DNA of 64,000 nucleotides from Lytechinus pictus (Eukaryota): NCBI RefSeq assembly GCF_037042905.1, contig NC_087246.1, positions 9,116,001 to 9,180,000 of the forward strand, read 5' to 3'. Shown piece by piece: positions 52,201 to 64,000 of this stretch (position 1 is its first letter; each line of letters starts with the position of its first letter). The notes under the pieces were generated by a model. It saw only the letters and a program-made list of their open reading frames with translations, ran no database searches and was not told where the DNA came from. The position numbers and the translations under genes were made by a program.

Positions 52201-55200
52201 ATGCAAATTTTCGTTGTGATCGTGCAATCCGCGGCTGAGATCTTAAGGAATGACAAGAATCAAAATACCCCGGGAGATTTAGGGTTAAGCCATCGTGGAC
52301 TTTGGGACATATCGATAACCCATCTTCCTTGTCACTTATCCCAATGTATTATTTGACCCATTTAACCATGGTATAGGCACAAAAATCATATTCCTGGATA
52401 TTGAACAAACTGTATTGGGTTTATTTTTAAGTAGCAACAACATTTTTTACACCATTTTCGGGAGCCATCTTGGATTTTTTAACATACCGGACCACTGACT
52501 GTCCTTGTAGCTTGTCCCAATGTATTATTTGACCATTGAAACCATGGTCTACACACCAAAATCATATCTCCCAGGTGGATATGTGTGTGTATTTGAGTTT
52601 TGTCAGACGTGTATCAATCAGATATGATTATTTACGTCTGGGACCGACCTTTAACGTCACCATCCGAAAGACGTGACCAGGGCTCGAACCTCTGCATCAA
52701 TTTGTAACTTCCCCACATAGCTTGGATTACAGGCGCACGCCACAACGCCTAGGTGGATATGATATGAGCTATGTCTATTAAAGTATTGACAGCCATTTTA
52801 AACTCAATTTTTGGAAGCCATCTTGGATTTTCGGACACACCCAACGACTGGCTGTCCTTGTAACCTGTCCCAATGTAAGTAATAGGTGAATTGTGGATTG
52901 TTTAGCCTACGGCAGCCATTTTGGGCGCCATCTTGGATTTTCCTGGTACGTCGGAGCGCTAATATTCACTCTGACTTGTATCAATAAATTTGTTTACCCA
53001 CTTGACCATGGAATATGAACTGAGTTAGGATTTTCTGGTGGATAATGAGTGAGTTATATCAATTTTCAGTGAATGGCGGCCATCTTGGACGCCATCTTAA
53101 AAATAACTACTTTCCCGTATGCGGATTTTGGTAGATTTTTAGTATGTTATTCCTCAGGTCAAATACTACCAGAAACAGTTGAAAAATCATTTGTTGCAAT
53201 TTGTTCCGGGTCAAACCATATATTGACCCGTCTATAATCCCAACCTCATTGAACATGTGAATAGAGAGGAATTGCAAATTTCCACTTGTGAAAAACTGAA
53301 GAGTAAGCAAGCACTTGCAAATTAGGAATAATTTATAATTACCTTTATCATCATCATCCATGCACCTTACTCCAATGTCACATTCTTCACTAACTGTATC
53401 CATCTCAATGTCATTATCTGAATGGAGAACATAATTTCATCACAATACATGTAAGTATTCAAGTCATCTTTCTTTTTCATGTTTTTTTTTCATTCAGGCA
53501 ATAAAATTAATTGGTCATTTAACCCCTCTTGAGGACGCTAAGTGAGTGGAATGTCTTACATCATTTAGATAATAATACAAGACAGTATGCATTATGAAAA
53601 CTTATGAAAGCTTTCAGGTGACCATCCCTCGGATTATCAGAATTGCCAGAAAAAAAAGTTTATCTTTCATAAAATGATTCATTGATACCAAACAAATCCA
53701 TTCTTGGTAACTCTCCTACTGTTAACAATAATGTGTATTTTGGTGGTATTGTCGTGCTGATTCATGTATTTACAGCTTGTAAAAGAAAAACAAAAGATGA
53801 AAAAAACAAAGAAATACATGAGGAAAAAAATGACTTTCACAATTTTTCTTTGTGGAAACCTGTAAATTAGATTACAAAATGACATCTGGAAAAAAGAAGA
53901 AAATTTGAAGTGAAATTGTAATTTTGAATGATAAGTATTAGCCTACAACATAATAACTTAGGTAAGATAAAATTAATGTATCATACATGTACAAGCTCAA
54001 GAGGACTCGTTTAACAGAGAATATGACGGAATTTGACAGAGTGTAATTGGTAGAAAGACTCAAATTTTATCAAACAATTAAAACATTAGAAAATTATTTT
54101 TCAACTTTTATTTTCAAATTCAAATGAGTGGAATACCACAAGCAATTCCAACATAGATACATGTAATTATCATTTTAAACGATTAATCAAACTGAAAATA
54201 CATAGCATAAAATTTGTGGTGGTATTGAGTCATGTACATGATTCTAGTTGTTGATTCTAAATGTTTTAAATTGTGCGCCTTGGAATAGTTTACTAGATAG
54301 ATGGTACATAATAAATGATGTGATTATTATAAATTACCTGCAGTATTCTGTACATCAACCTCTGATACAATTCCTATATGTGTTTCGTCGTCTTCTTCTC
54401 TCAGTGCATCTGTTTCAGAATCACTACCTAAAAGTAAAATGATATTTTTATTATTATTTTTCACACTACATCTAAATTTCACAATTAAAATTTTACCCAT
54501 GTCAGTTCTTTCAATATCATTTAATGTTTAAAAGTCTACCCTACTCAAGATACGGCAATTTCAATTAAAATTTTGTAAGGAAAAAACACTTTTAATTCTA
54601 TTAATAAAATACATCCCTTATCTAAAAAAAAATAATTAAATGAGGCATCTACTAAGAAATGATCCAAGGTAGTCTGTTAGGAATCATGCAGATTGGAGGT
54701 CACAATGACAATGTAAAGTATTCTGAATTTAGTGTATGGAATGTCATTCGCTTGACAGTAAAAATTAATTTATCATAAAGATGTCAACAACATTACCTTC
54801 ACCATTCAAATCAACCTCTGAAACAGTAACTCCCGCATCTTCTCTGTCATCATGGGTTCCATCAATGTCTAACAGAATCATGTGAAAAGGAATATTTGAC
54901 TATATTAACATTCATTTACTTGTACAATGAACGGTATGTATAGTAGCAACAATTTTTTTTTTCATTCTGCATGAAACACTACATGTATCTAAAATCCTGG
55001 CTAAAAAATGTGTAAAGGGTCAATAATGCAAATACATAAATTAGATCTACACAGATTGGTTCAAATAGTATTACATGTACATGTACATGATCAAGCAAAT
55101 TTAAGCCATGATACTGAAACAAAATGCCCATGAAGAAAGTTTGCTCTCCTGTGATGTTACTGATAGAATAGTGAACTAGCTAAATGAAAAATAATATTGG

Positions 55201-57609
55201 TTCATGTGCTTATTTAAAATGTGAATGGCTTTGTAGTCTTGCTCCCAAACATTGAAAATCCATTTCATTTTCATCATATTTTCCACATAGATACTTTAGC
55301 ACCTGAATATTCTAAATATCCAAAAAATTAACATGGGTTCATGAGCTTGATTTTTTTTGCTATAGAGCTTCAAAGTTTACCCAAATGGATGTTCTTAAGG
55401 ATTGCGCATTTAAAAGAATTTGTAACTTTTTGGACCTCACAAGATCACAACAATGAGTTTGAAGTTCTATTACTCAGTCAAAATCCATGAAAATTTCATC
55501 AGATTTCACAATATGATTAATAATTGTATCCTTAGGATGGATAATCATTTATATTGCTATTAATTGTTTGCTCTTTTAAGTCTACCAGCACTCTAAGTTC
55601 TTAGAAATTGCGCAAAATATAACAAAAACTTAAACTAAAAAATATGAAATTTCAATAACAATCTTGAGAAGTACAAGAAATGCTACGCTTTATTCAAAAC
55701 CCATGTCATTTTCACCAAACTTTGCAAAGTTGTAGAGGATGGTATACCTAAAAGGTGCAAATATCAAAAGATATATGGGTTCATATGCTTGTTTTCAGCA
55801 CTTTAATAGAGCAAATGTACTTTTTTTAAACACCCCAAAATGTGCCAAAAGCTTTGTACCTATAAGAGGAAAAATTCCCAACCACTCTACCATTAATTTA
55901 TTCAAGCTCGGGGTCATTGTTCGTCGTACTTTGCAGCACTTCAGAATAAAGTATTTTGAAATTGTAGAGGAATTAAAGAAAAAAACATGGTCCATGGAAT
56001 AATTCCAGTTTATTAGCTTCATAAAATAACACATCGGATCTGCAGTTAGTGCAGATAAGGAGAAAAATCAGCTCATACAGCTGATTAATCAACTACTCAT
56101 CCATTGTGAAGTCAGCGCGCTGAGTGTAAAATATGCACAGATCATGATTCGCAGAACGTAACTGTGGAACGTCCTTAAGTGAAAACACCCTTTAACTTTA
56201 AAAGTATTAATTTTAGGAAAAACAAATTGCCTGCCCCCAAAACATATTAATAGCAGCCAAAACCAGAGAAAAAGAACACCAAATAAAGAAATTGTGGCCA
56301 AAAATGTGATGGGGGGGGGGGGGGTTGGGCGGCCATTTTGGATTTTGGCCCGGCACTTTTTTTCTCGGACCTGAGACAAAAAATATGGTCATTTCATTTT
56401 GAGATAAGGTAAAAGGAATACAAAAAAAAATGTTGCCACAGTAAAACCAAAAATCACCCATTTACAGACAATCCTAGTTGTATGGGAATTTTCTAAATAT
56501 CAATATTAATGGGATTACCTGTTGCTTCGGAGGTCTCATAGACTTCAGAAATGTAGCACTCTGACTCACTAAAAGACAAATCTACTTCTGTGAATGAACA
56601 ATCTTTCAAGTGTTGTCCATCTGAAATATAAATTAGTACATAATTAAAAGGATGATGAGTCACTGATGCACAAAAGTTGGTACAGATGTTTGCAATGATA
56701 TAAGAAACCCCAAAAGAAATGAAATACAATGACTAAAAACAAAACCTGAAAGTAATGAAATATTTATACAAAAGTAGTAGACCCTGTTAGGCGGTGACCC
56801 TAGTAATAAGCAGGGAAAATGTTGCCCATGTAATGGAAATTACTAGCTCTTTACAGCTTGCACCTCATGAAATATTCTATATTTGAAGGGACACTATTTT
56901 TTACTTGAACTAGAGCATGAAGTTGGCATTTTGAAGGGCAGGTGATCAATCTCATGGTTTCCAAACATACAGGAGTTTTTCATTAGCATTTCTATGTTGA
57001 TTTATGGAAAGAAATACATGTATAAATGAGACATTAAAGGGCAAGTTGACACCTGAATGATCAATCATGGGTCTTAAAAAAATATTGCACATATATAGGG
57101 GACATATCAGGGCCCTAAAACAAGCCAATGTAGGCAAAGTTTTCACTAGTCCATGTACATGTAGCCTACAGTACACAGTTATGAAATGAAATACAAAATG
57201 TACCTGCTTCCAGTTCGGATCCATATTTGTGCTCATCTCTTTGGGGATGTGAGTTCTCCTTTGGTGTATCGCTGGTTTCACTGAAATGTCTCACCTATAA
57301 AGAACAAAAGAAATAAATCTAATATGCACCCCTCATTCCCTGGCCTACCCATGCTTCTAGTTATATGAACAAATATCTTTACAACTTATCTTGACAAACT
57401 TTGTTCCAATCACATGACAGTAAAAAATCCTTTAATTTGAAATCAAATTTGTAGTTGGAGGTCAGGGTTTGACAAAAACGTTGGAAGTTTTTATCCCAAA
57501 AGCACTTCATTAATTGATAGTCCCGATTGACTCTGAACAGGCAGCACTGCACTTCCGAAACCAACCCTGGTGCTAGCTCTGAATTTGAAGACATGCAACT
57601 CAAGTTCAT
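40246..57609 (-). CDS. Sola-like DDD (RNase H-fold) transposase-family protein, ~14 exons, ~935 aa
   Basis: Core exons 46979-46680 (KCCKNYC...EICQRGW...LGIS), 46267-45993 (DKLP..DKIHLP), 44526-44405 (FSKCDIC...H), 42924-42531 (IIIDGMDQ...LQMDNCGRENKN), 42181-41683 (FLMKGHTHEDIDQLFS), 41112-40985 and 40596-40246 splice in frame with no stops. Upstream phase-1 micro-exons: 47686-47591, 53417-53343, 54427-54338, 54868-54797, 56620-56519. The two most 5' exons (57280-57204, 57609-57383) are tentative. The superfamily call is from motif resemblance only. Confidence 0.75.
43513..44368 (+). mobile_element. HINE-like element in an intron of the Sola-like gene
   Basis: ACAAGTGGAGCGCCTCTGGCAGTCTCGCCTGCAT start; GCTATGCAGGC end. 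Confidence 0.65.
45324..45825. mobile_element. Kolobok-like MITE (AGGTCAAGTCCAC family)
   Basis: Colinear with 30160-30735; ends GACCCT-TTAA. Confidence 0.65.
47030..47503 (+). mobile_element. HINE-like element, 3' part
   Basis: Tandem units and GCGGCGCCTATAGTCTCACTCTGCTATGCAGGTGAGAC end. Confidence 0.65.
48086..49073. mobile_element. Tc1/mariner-like non-autonomous element
   Basis: TA TSD; TIR CAGTGCGTATCAAAAAAAAAAGTTTACA / TGTAAACTTTTTTTTTTATACGCACTG. Confidence 0.8.
49986..50225 (+). mobile_element. tRNA-derived SINE
   Basis: A-box TGGCCCAGTGG and B-box GGTTCGAATCC, followed by a non-tRNA core CACTCAACCCAGGTGAGGTGAATGGGTACC. Confidence 0.8.
51555..52284. mobile_element. piggyBac-like MITE (related to 18687-19448, inverted)
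   Basis: TTAA TSD; TIR CCCTAATTCTCCCGG / CCGGGAGATTTAGGG. Confidence 0.8.
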
Positions 57610-57903
57610 TCTGTTTTAAATTTTAATATGCCTACATGAATACATAATTTTTTTCATTAAAAATCATTAACATTGAATTTTCAAGTACCGGTAAATGTTG
57701 TGAAATTGATATACACTGGAATCGTGAAAATTCTTGTCGGAAATTTTATTAAATTTTTTTTGAAATTTTTCAAAAATGTTCATAAAATTTGTCTATATGA
57801 TTTTTTTAATCAAAAACATAACTGATGAATTTTCAAGTCAATGTGAAATTGACAGTCATTCTCATTTAAAAAAAATCATTGAAATTTAGCGGAAAATATT
57901 TAA

Positions 57904-58659
57904 AGGAGAATGAAACCAGCTGAATCCATATCAAAGAGAAAAATCAAAGAAACATGTTGTTGAAAGTTTGAGGAAGATTGAATGAATAATAAGAAAGTTA
58001 TGAGCATTTGAATATTGAGATCACTAATGCCATGAAGATCCTCTCATTGGCAATGCGACCAAGATCTGTGATGTCACACACGTACAACTCCCTCATTGCT
58101 TTAGTACTCATTTCACTTATATTTTCACTTTTATAGAATCTATCACAAGGTGAGGTGTTCTCTTTATGAGGGGACAAGTACAGAGGTTTCACAACATTAT
58201 ATCATTGATGAATCGTTTGTCATATGATTAGAATGAGCAAAAAGATCTGTGATGTCACACACGTACAACTCCCTCATTGCTTTAGTACTTATTTCACTTA
58301 TATTCTCACTTTTATAGAATCTATCACAAGGTGAGGTGTTCTCTTTATGAGGGGACAAGTACAGAGGTTTCACAACATTATATCATTGATGAATCGTTTG
58401 TCATATGATTAGAATGAGCAAAAAGAGATGTTTTGGGGTATATTTTCAGTGTCCAAAAGGGGAAAGTTGTTCGTCTGTGATATCATAGATCTTGGTTGCG
58501 TTGCCAATGGGAGGATCTCCATAGCATTAGTGATCTCGACATTCAAATGCTCATAACTCTTCTATTGCTAGTCCTATTTTACTCAAACTTTTGTTGATCT
58601 TATTCTTTGATTTTTCTGCTTTCACAAAAGCTAACTTGCTCCAAGAGTTTCATTCTCCT
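57904..58659. mobile_element. Kolobok-like MITE with an internal 181-bp tandem duplication
   Basis: TTAA TSD; TIR AGGAGAATGAAAC / GTTTCATTCTCCT; 58061-58241 repeated almost exactly at 58242-58422. Confidence 0.8.
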
Positions 58660-58699
58660 TTAACATTTTAAAATCATCATCTAAGATTAAGAATTTTCA

Positions 58700-58990
58700 A
58701 GTAAATGTTGTAGGTCTGTTATCGATAACGTCTTTATCGCTAGTCTTGTCGATAATCGCTTGTTTTTTTGTCACGTAGCGATATCGATAACCTTTCTCTC
58801 GTTGCCAATAAAGGGACAGTGCTTTTCCACGATTTCATGGAATTTACGGAAACGGCCTATTGAAAGTGGTTTTGAAACAAAAAATCACGAAAAACGTTTT
58901 TCCTCAAACTGCATCGAACAGCAACAGAATTTACTCCAAAATCTCAACATATTAATATGAATTCTTACTAGCCACAACACACGATCTCAC
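58700..58990 (-). promoter_or_regulatory. CpG-rich putative promoter/first exon of the Sola-like gene
   Basis: CpG-rich patch with TATCGATA palindromes. The presumed first coding exon is preceded by an acceptor (CAG|AATG at 57610), implying an upstream UTR exon. Confidence 0.3.
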
Positions 58991-59059
58991 CCCCACTTCT
59001 GTATAATCATGACAATCCAAACATCGAGACTGCACTCTGTAGTGTTTAGTAGGCGGCAA

Positions 59060-60312
59060 GTAGTAAGAATTCCAAAAATTTTCTGTAGAATCTGATTTTT
59101 TGTGCTTATCCCCCTATTTTTAGGGTGCTGAATACGAATCTGCTTGTTGCCAAATTTATAAATGCCGTCTTCGACCGTTGCCATGGTAACGGATTAATTT
59201 ATCAAAAATTGTATGTATTCCCCTGTAAATGGTAGATAAACATGATATAAATTAGCCAATAGATTGATTTTAGGGTTCCAATTAAATACAAATGAAATTC
59301 AAAAATATTTAAGATCATCAAATTGGTTCCAATTGGCCCGTTGCCATGGTAACGGCTCATTTTTCCTCCAGAAAAGTAAAAAAAATTGATTTAAAGTTGT
59401 AGAATCTGTTTTTTGTTTCATTTTCCCTGCGTTTATGGTGTTAAACATAGGAGTGGTTTTTGCTTAATGTATAAATACACTCTCATTCCATTGCCATGGC
59501 AACCAAATAATACCTAATTTGGTAAAAAAAAGAAATAACGTGGTAAAAAAAGACAATGGTGAGAAATACAATAAAAGCGACCTACATGTAATCCACTTGC
59601 GTTGGGTTTTTCCCACTCATTTAAAATAAAAACTACATAAGTGTTATGCATGAGTTTATTCGAATGATAGGAATTGATGTTGCCTTGAGAATGCTTGAAT
59701 TTAAAGATAAATATCAATATTGCAATTGGCCTGTTGCCATGGTAACATCTTATTTTTCTCAGAAAAGAACAAATTTTGATAAAAACATATAGAGTCACAT
59801 TTTTTTCATTCATTTCCGCTAAGTTTAGGTTGCTAAAAATAAATATGCTTGTTGGTAAATATGTAAGTACCATCTCAGACCATTGCCATGGCAACCAAAT
59901 ACCAACTTATTTGGTAAAAAATAACATGTTGAAAAAGGTAATGGTGGGATGTACAGTAAAAACAATCTAATCTACATGACCAAAAGTCCAAAACCAAAAA
60001 CAAAACCAAAATTACGTAATTATTCTGCATGAATTCATTAGAATGATAAAAATTGATGTTCCCTTGGGAACGCTTGATTTTATTAATAAATATCAATGTT
60101 GCAAATTGCCTGTTGTCATGGTAACGGCTCATTTTACACCAGAAAATTTTTAATAAAAATATGTAGAGTCTGATTTTTCTTTCATTTCCGCCAAAGTATA
60201 CACGTAGGTTGCTAAACTTGATATTCTTGTTGCTGCTGTTTTGATAGTGGTTAAATAATTTAATTTTATATGATAAATATCAATGTTGCAAATGGCCTGA
60301 TGCCGTGGTAAA
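59060..60312. repeat. Repeat element with tandem ~390-bp units carrying GTTGCCATGG(T/C)AAC palindromes
   Basis: Motif at 59177, 59340, 59490, 59733, 59882 and 60112; duplicated flanking sequence. Confidence 0.6.
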
Positions 60313-60319
60313 CATCACT

Positions 60320-63300
60320 CCTCGCAAAGTTCCCTTCTGCAGACTTTCAACCTGAAGAAAGGAAACTGAGCAGATTGGCATAGATCTGGATACATATCTT
60401 CAGAACCTCCCTGCACTCCCTACTCATTATGACATATTTTTAGAGCTGCTGAAGAAATCATCAAGGAAAAATATTCCACAAGAATGCCGTACAAGCTATA
60501 CTCAGGGCCGGCATAAACACCATGCAGATTCGGATCCTTGGGAAAGACTCTACAAAGTCCCAATCTAGGTCCCAAGTGGCCAACCAGCTTCTAGTGAACA
60601 GCCAAGGTAACCCTCATAATTACCCGCGAAGATCCAATCTAAAAGTGTCAGCATGAACGACTTGTGCAATGCTATCAAAGCAATGAAGATCAGCAAGGCA
60701 GCTGGATTGGATGATGTCCTCGATCTGTGAGCAGATGAAACATCTTGGACCTGTTGCACTCCAAAGGCTGCTTGACATGCTAGCTAAACTACTGTCTGAG
60801 TGAAAGCACAATGCCAAACTTATTGAGGAAATCAAGGGTAGTTGCCTTACTCAAGCCAGGCAGAAAACCAGCCAATGCAAAGAGCTACCGGCCCATATCT
60901 CTGCTTTGTCACACATACAATATCTTTGAAAGGCTCCTACTCAACCACATTGCTGATTGCTCCCTTGGTGAATGAGCTCCTCATTCCAGAACAGACAGGA
61001 TTTAGGCCAGGAAAGTCCTGTACTAGTCAACTGCTGAATCTGGCACAGTACATTGAAGATGGTGGCTTCGAGAAGGGGTTGATAACTGGAGCAGCCTTGG
61101 TTGACCTCATTGCAGCTTATGACACAATCATCGAATACTCACAAGGAAAGTCTTTGAGATGACAAAGGAAGGCTTAAGCTGACACAGATGATTCAGAGCA
61201 TGCTCTCAAATCAGCAGTTTTTGTGCATCTCAGTGGTTTCAGTAGCAGATGGCTGACACACAAAAGGTCTCTAACAAGGAAGAATCATCGTCCCACTCTT
61301 TAGCATCTACATAAATGACCAACCAATCCACCAAATAATGAGAGCTACCTGTACGCTGATGACATTTGCATTGCTTCACAGAAACAGTCCTCTGAAGAGA
61401 TGAAAAAGCACTCAGCAATGCTCTGGTAGGCCTGACTCCTTACTACGCTGCAAATCATCTCTGGGCAAATCCAGAAAAAACCCAACTCAGTGCTTTTCAC
61501 CTAAAAAACAGAGATGCAGACCAGTAACTAAGGTTCAGATGGTATAGAAAATGGTTGGAACACACCTGTAAGCCAATCTACCTTGACGTCACCCTAGACA
61601 GTTCCCTTACCTACAAAGACCATGTTTCCAAGACAAAGGCTAAAGTTGGAGCAAGGAACAGCATCCTGAAGGAGCTTGCCAACATAAAATGGGAACAGAT
61701 GCCAAAACCATCCGTGCGACAGCTCTTGCTCTATGCTACTAGACTGCTGAGTATGCAGTCCCCATCCGTTTTAGGTCATCACATGCTGCAAAGATTGATA
61801 CAGCCCTGAATGCTGCTTGCAGAGCAATTACTGGCTGCGACAAAAAAAGAGCAGATGATCCCTACCTACTGTGTGGTATTGCCCATTCACACATTAGAAG
61901 ATAGGTGCCAGCAAAGGTAGAAAAAACAAGCAAGAAGATCACCCTCTTCATCCACCCTTTAACTATGAACCTGCCAAAAAGAGATTCAAAACAAGATGTA
62001 GCTTCCTTCACTTGACTGAATCCCTTGATGGCTCTGCTCCAGTGGCGTAACAGGCGGGGGGGCAGGGGGGGCAAGTTGCCCCCCCTGGCGGATTTCACCG
62101 GGAAAATAAAAGAAAAACGGGAAAAAGAAAAAAAAAGAGGGAGAAAGAAAGGGAAAGGGGAAGGAAAGGGGAAAAGGAAAGGAGGAAAAGGAAAGGGAAA
62201 AGTGAAAAGAAAACGAAGAAAAACACTTTTTTTAAATGGAAAAGGAAGGAAAGCGGAAAAATGTACGAAAGAAAAACATATGAGAAAGAGCAAATCATTC
62301 CGAAATAGGCCTATGTAATGCAATAGCAGAGTGGGAAACAAATTAAAAGATGACAAAATGGCAAACAATTGCGGGAAACGAAGGTAGAATGTAATTAGTC
62401 AAAAGCTAATGGACTGCATACAACATTGTGCTTTAAGCTTGCTAAATGTTATGCAAATAAGCTACCGGGGCTTTGCCCCAGACCCCACGCAGTAGGGGCT
62501 CTTCATTTATAACATTCATCTATAACGCCCCCCGTTCAATCACTGGCAGACAGGCGGGGGGGGGGGGGGGTCTTGGATCCACACCCAAAAGGAAATAAAA
62601 TAAATTATAGGAGACAACGTATAATGAAATGAATGGAAACAATAAAAGGTGTTATTTGCTGAATATAATGGAAAAATCTATCACATAATTAGAATTTAAT
62701 TACAATGGGCATTTTTTTTCCAGCTCGCTTTGCACGCTGGCGACTTTTTACAAATTTTTCCCACATTGCAATGTTTTGCTCCCTCAAAATATTTGGTTCA
62801 TTACGCAACTGGGTTGAATAAATGTGTTGTGTAAAATAAAGCTACATTCTGTATATGCCCGCGATTTGATTAAAATAGCGGCAATCTGCGAGCTTTAAAT
62901 GGCTTTGATATCAAGAAGTTCCGGGGGCTCCGCCCCGGACCCCAACCGCACAGCACAGCGTATGGAAGGGTTGGGCCATGGCTTCAAAAAGTTCTACAAA
63001 CAAGAACAACAAAAAAAGGAGGAAAGAAAAGCAAAGGAAAAGTGTAGGATATGATTTTATTAACTGAATAAAAAATAACTCAAAGTTAGATTCTCAGGAA
63101 AAGGTGATTTTTTCTCGCTCGCTTCGCTCGCTCGGGACTTATATAAAGCAGCTTTTTAGCACATGTGCTATACTGCGCCCTTCGTTTTTTTTTTTTTTAC
63201 TCTTCACGCTACTGCCGCAAAGAATCCTGTTCACAGTGGCGTACAGACCACAAAAAAGGAATCTAAAGAGAGAAGAGTGAAATATATTATTCTCTGGATA

Positions 63301-63680
63301 GCATGTCAAAATCTATCACAAAATTGGATTTTTGTATTAAAAAGGTCAAAATTTTTGCTCGCTCGCAATTTTTTTTAAAAGATAAATTCTGCCTGATACG
63401 CAATATCTGGCCTTCTCGAAATAGTCGCCTCACTACACCTGTTCATACCATGATATGACCGGGAAATTTTTGGCTCTTGCCCCCCCTGGCCACCGACCCC
63501 TGTTACGCCGCTGCTCTGCTCACAATCAAAGGGTCACCCAATGGTCCAACCATCTACAGTCTGTGACGCACAAGCTCTCCTATGGACCTAGCGAATCACT
63601 TCCTAGGTTCAAGTGAGGAATGTGGAGTGTAAAGATCTTTTTTTGACCATTTGTGCTCTAATAAATAAAATAAAAATAGC
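60320..63680 (+). pseudogene. Decayed non-LTR retrotransposon reverse transcriptase (Ingi/Vingi-like, I group), split by a hAT MITE
   Basis: KAAGLD; PEQTGFRPGKSCTSQLLNL...VDLIAAYD; YADD at 61352; PIYLDVTLDSSL; many frameshifts; TAAA-rich tail at ~63660. Confidence 0.8.
62040..63513. mobile_element. hAT-like non-autonomous element
   Basis: TIR CAGTGGCGTAACAGG / CCTGTTACGCCGCTG; 8-bp TSD CTCTGCTC. An inverted terminal fragment of the same family lies at ~3480-3645. Confidence 0.85.
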
Positions 63681-64000
63681 CAGTATGCCAATATTTCTAA
63701 GGGTTTGTGAAATTAGGGAGAATTCAGCTAGAGACCATTTTGAGAATATTTTGGGCCATTTGGCCTAGTAATCTGACATAAATATTGATTTAGGGGTGAA
63801 GTTTTCAAGAGATTGATATGTGACATCTATTTGCTGAATTGAATTACCCCAACTTCAAACTCCAAGGTGGCTGCCAATTTAAGGGTCACAAATGTCTAAA
63901 TTTTAAAGCTAAACGTTAATGGAATAAAATAAATTTGCCAATCACATTCATGTATAATGTGTTTCTGGACAATTAATTGTATGAAGAAAAAATGACCATG

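Larger units (their letters stand above)
49341..53234. mobile_element. Large non-autonomous DNA transposon with long TIRs (Academ-like termini), with nested SINE and MITE
   Basis: TAGACGGGTCAATATA / TATATTGACCCGTCTA termini; inverted homology extends several hundred bp; TAA on both flanks. Confidence 0.7.

Noticed and set aside
53679..53890. Extra exon of the Sola-like gene
   Set aside because: The candidate acceptors give in-frame stops in the required phase.
55398..56473. TIR element (AGGATTG...CAATCCT)
   Set aside because: Only a 7-bp match and no clear TSD; probably a repeat, but the boundaries are unsupported.
58975..58990. Sola-type ...CTC terminus (CACGATCTC) of a giant element
   Set aside because: I could not find a matching inverted GAGATCGTG... 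end on the other side of the gene.
61862..62368. K/G-rich and F/P-rich ORFs (also 3225-3749)
   Set aside because: Translations of the purine-rich low-complexity tract of a hAT MITE.

Overview
AT-rich, repeat-dense eukaryotic (animal) genomic DNA with GT-AG spliced genes. The repeat families look echinoderm/sea-urchin-like, which is an inference. I reconstructed four intron-containing genes by hand. (1) A DNase II (plancitoxin-like) gene on +, with 6 exons visible from 1620 to 28316; its first exon lies upstream of the window. (2) and (3) Nested inside the ~22 kb intron of that gene is a convergent pair typical of PIF/Harbinger transposons. The first is a 3-exon HARBI1-like transposase (+, 4027-7938, ~420 aa) with an intact reading frame but the second D and the E of the DDE triad replaced. 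The second is a 5-exon Myb/SANT(trihelix)-coiled-coil protein (-, 23868-17694, ~393 aa). I found no terminal inverted repeats around the pair, which suggests a domesticated two-gene module. (4) A ~14-exon, ~935 aa Sola-like DDD transposase-family gene (-, 57609-40246) with acidic micro-exons and a possible Tudor/SH3-like C-terminus. About 2 kb past its 3' end is a ~4 kb array of a 32-bp unit built on a perfect 20-bp palindrome. The remainder is MITEs (Harbinger-, hAT-, piggyBac-, Kolobok-, Tc1- and Academ-like), Helentron-associated tandem-repeat elements, a tRNA-derived SINE and two decayed LINEs. Family assignments come from motif recognition only; no searches were run.
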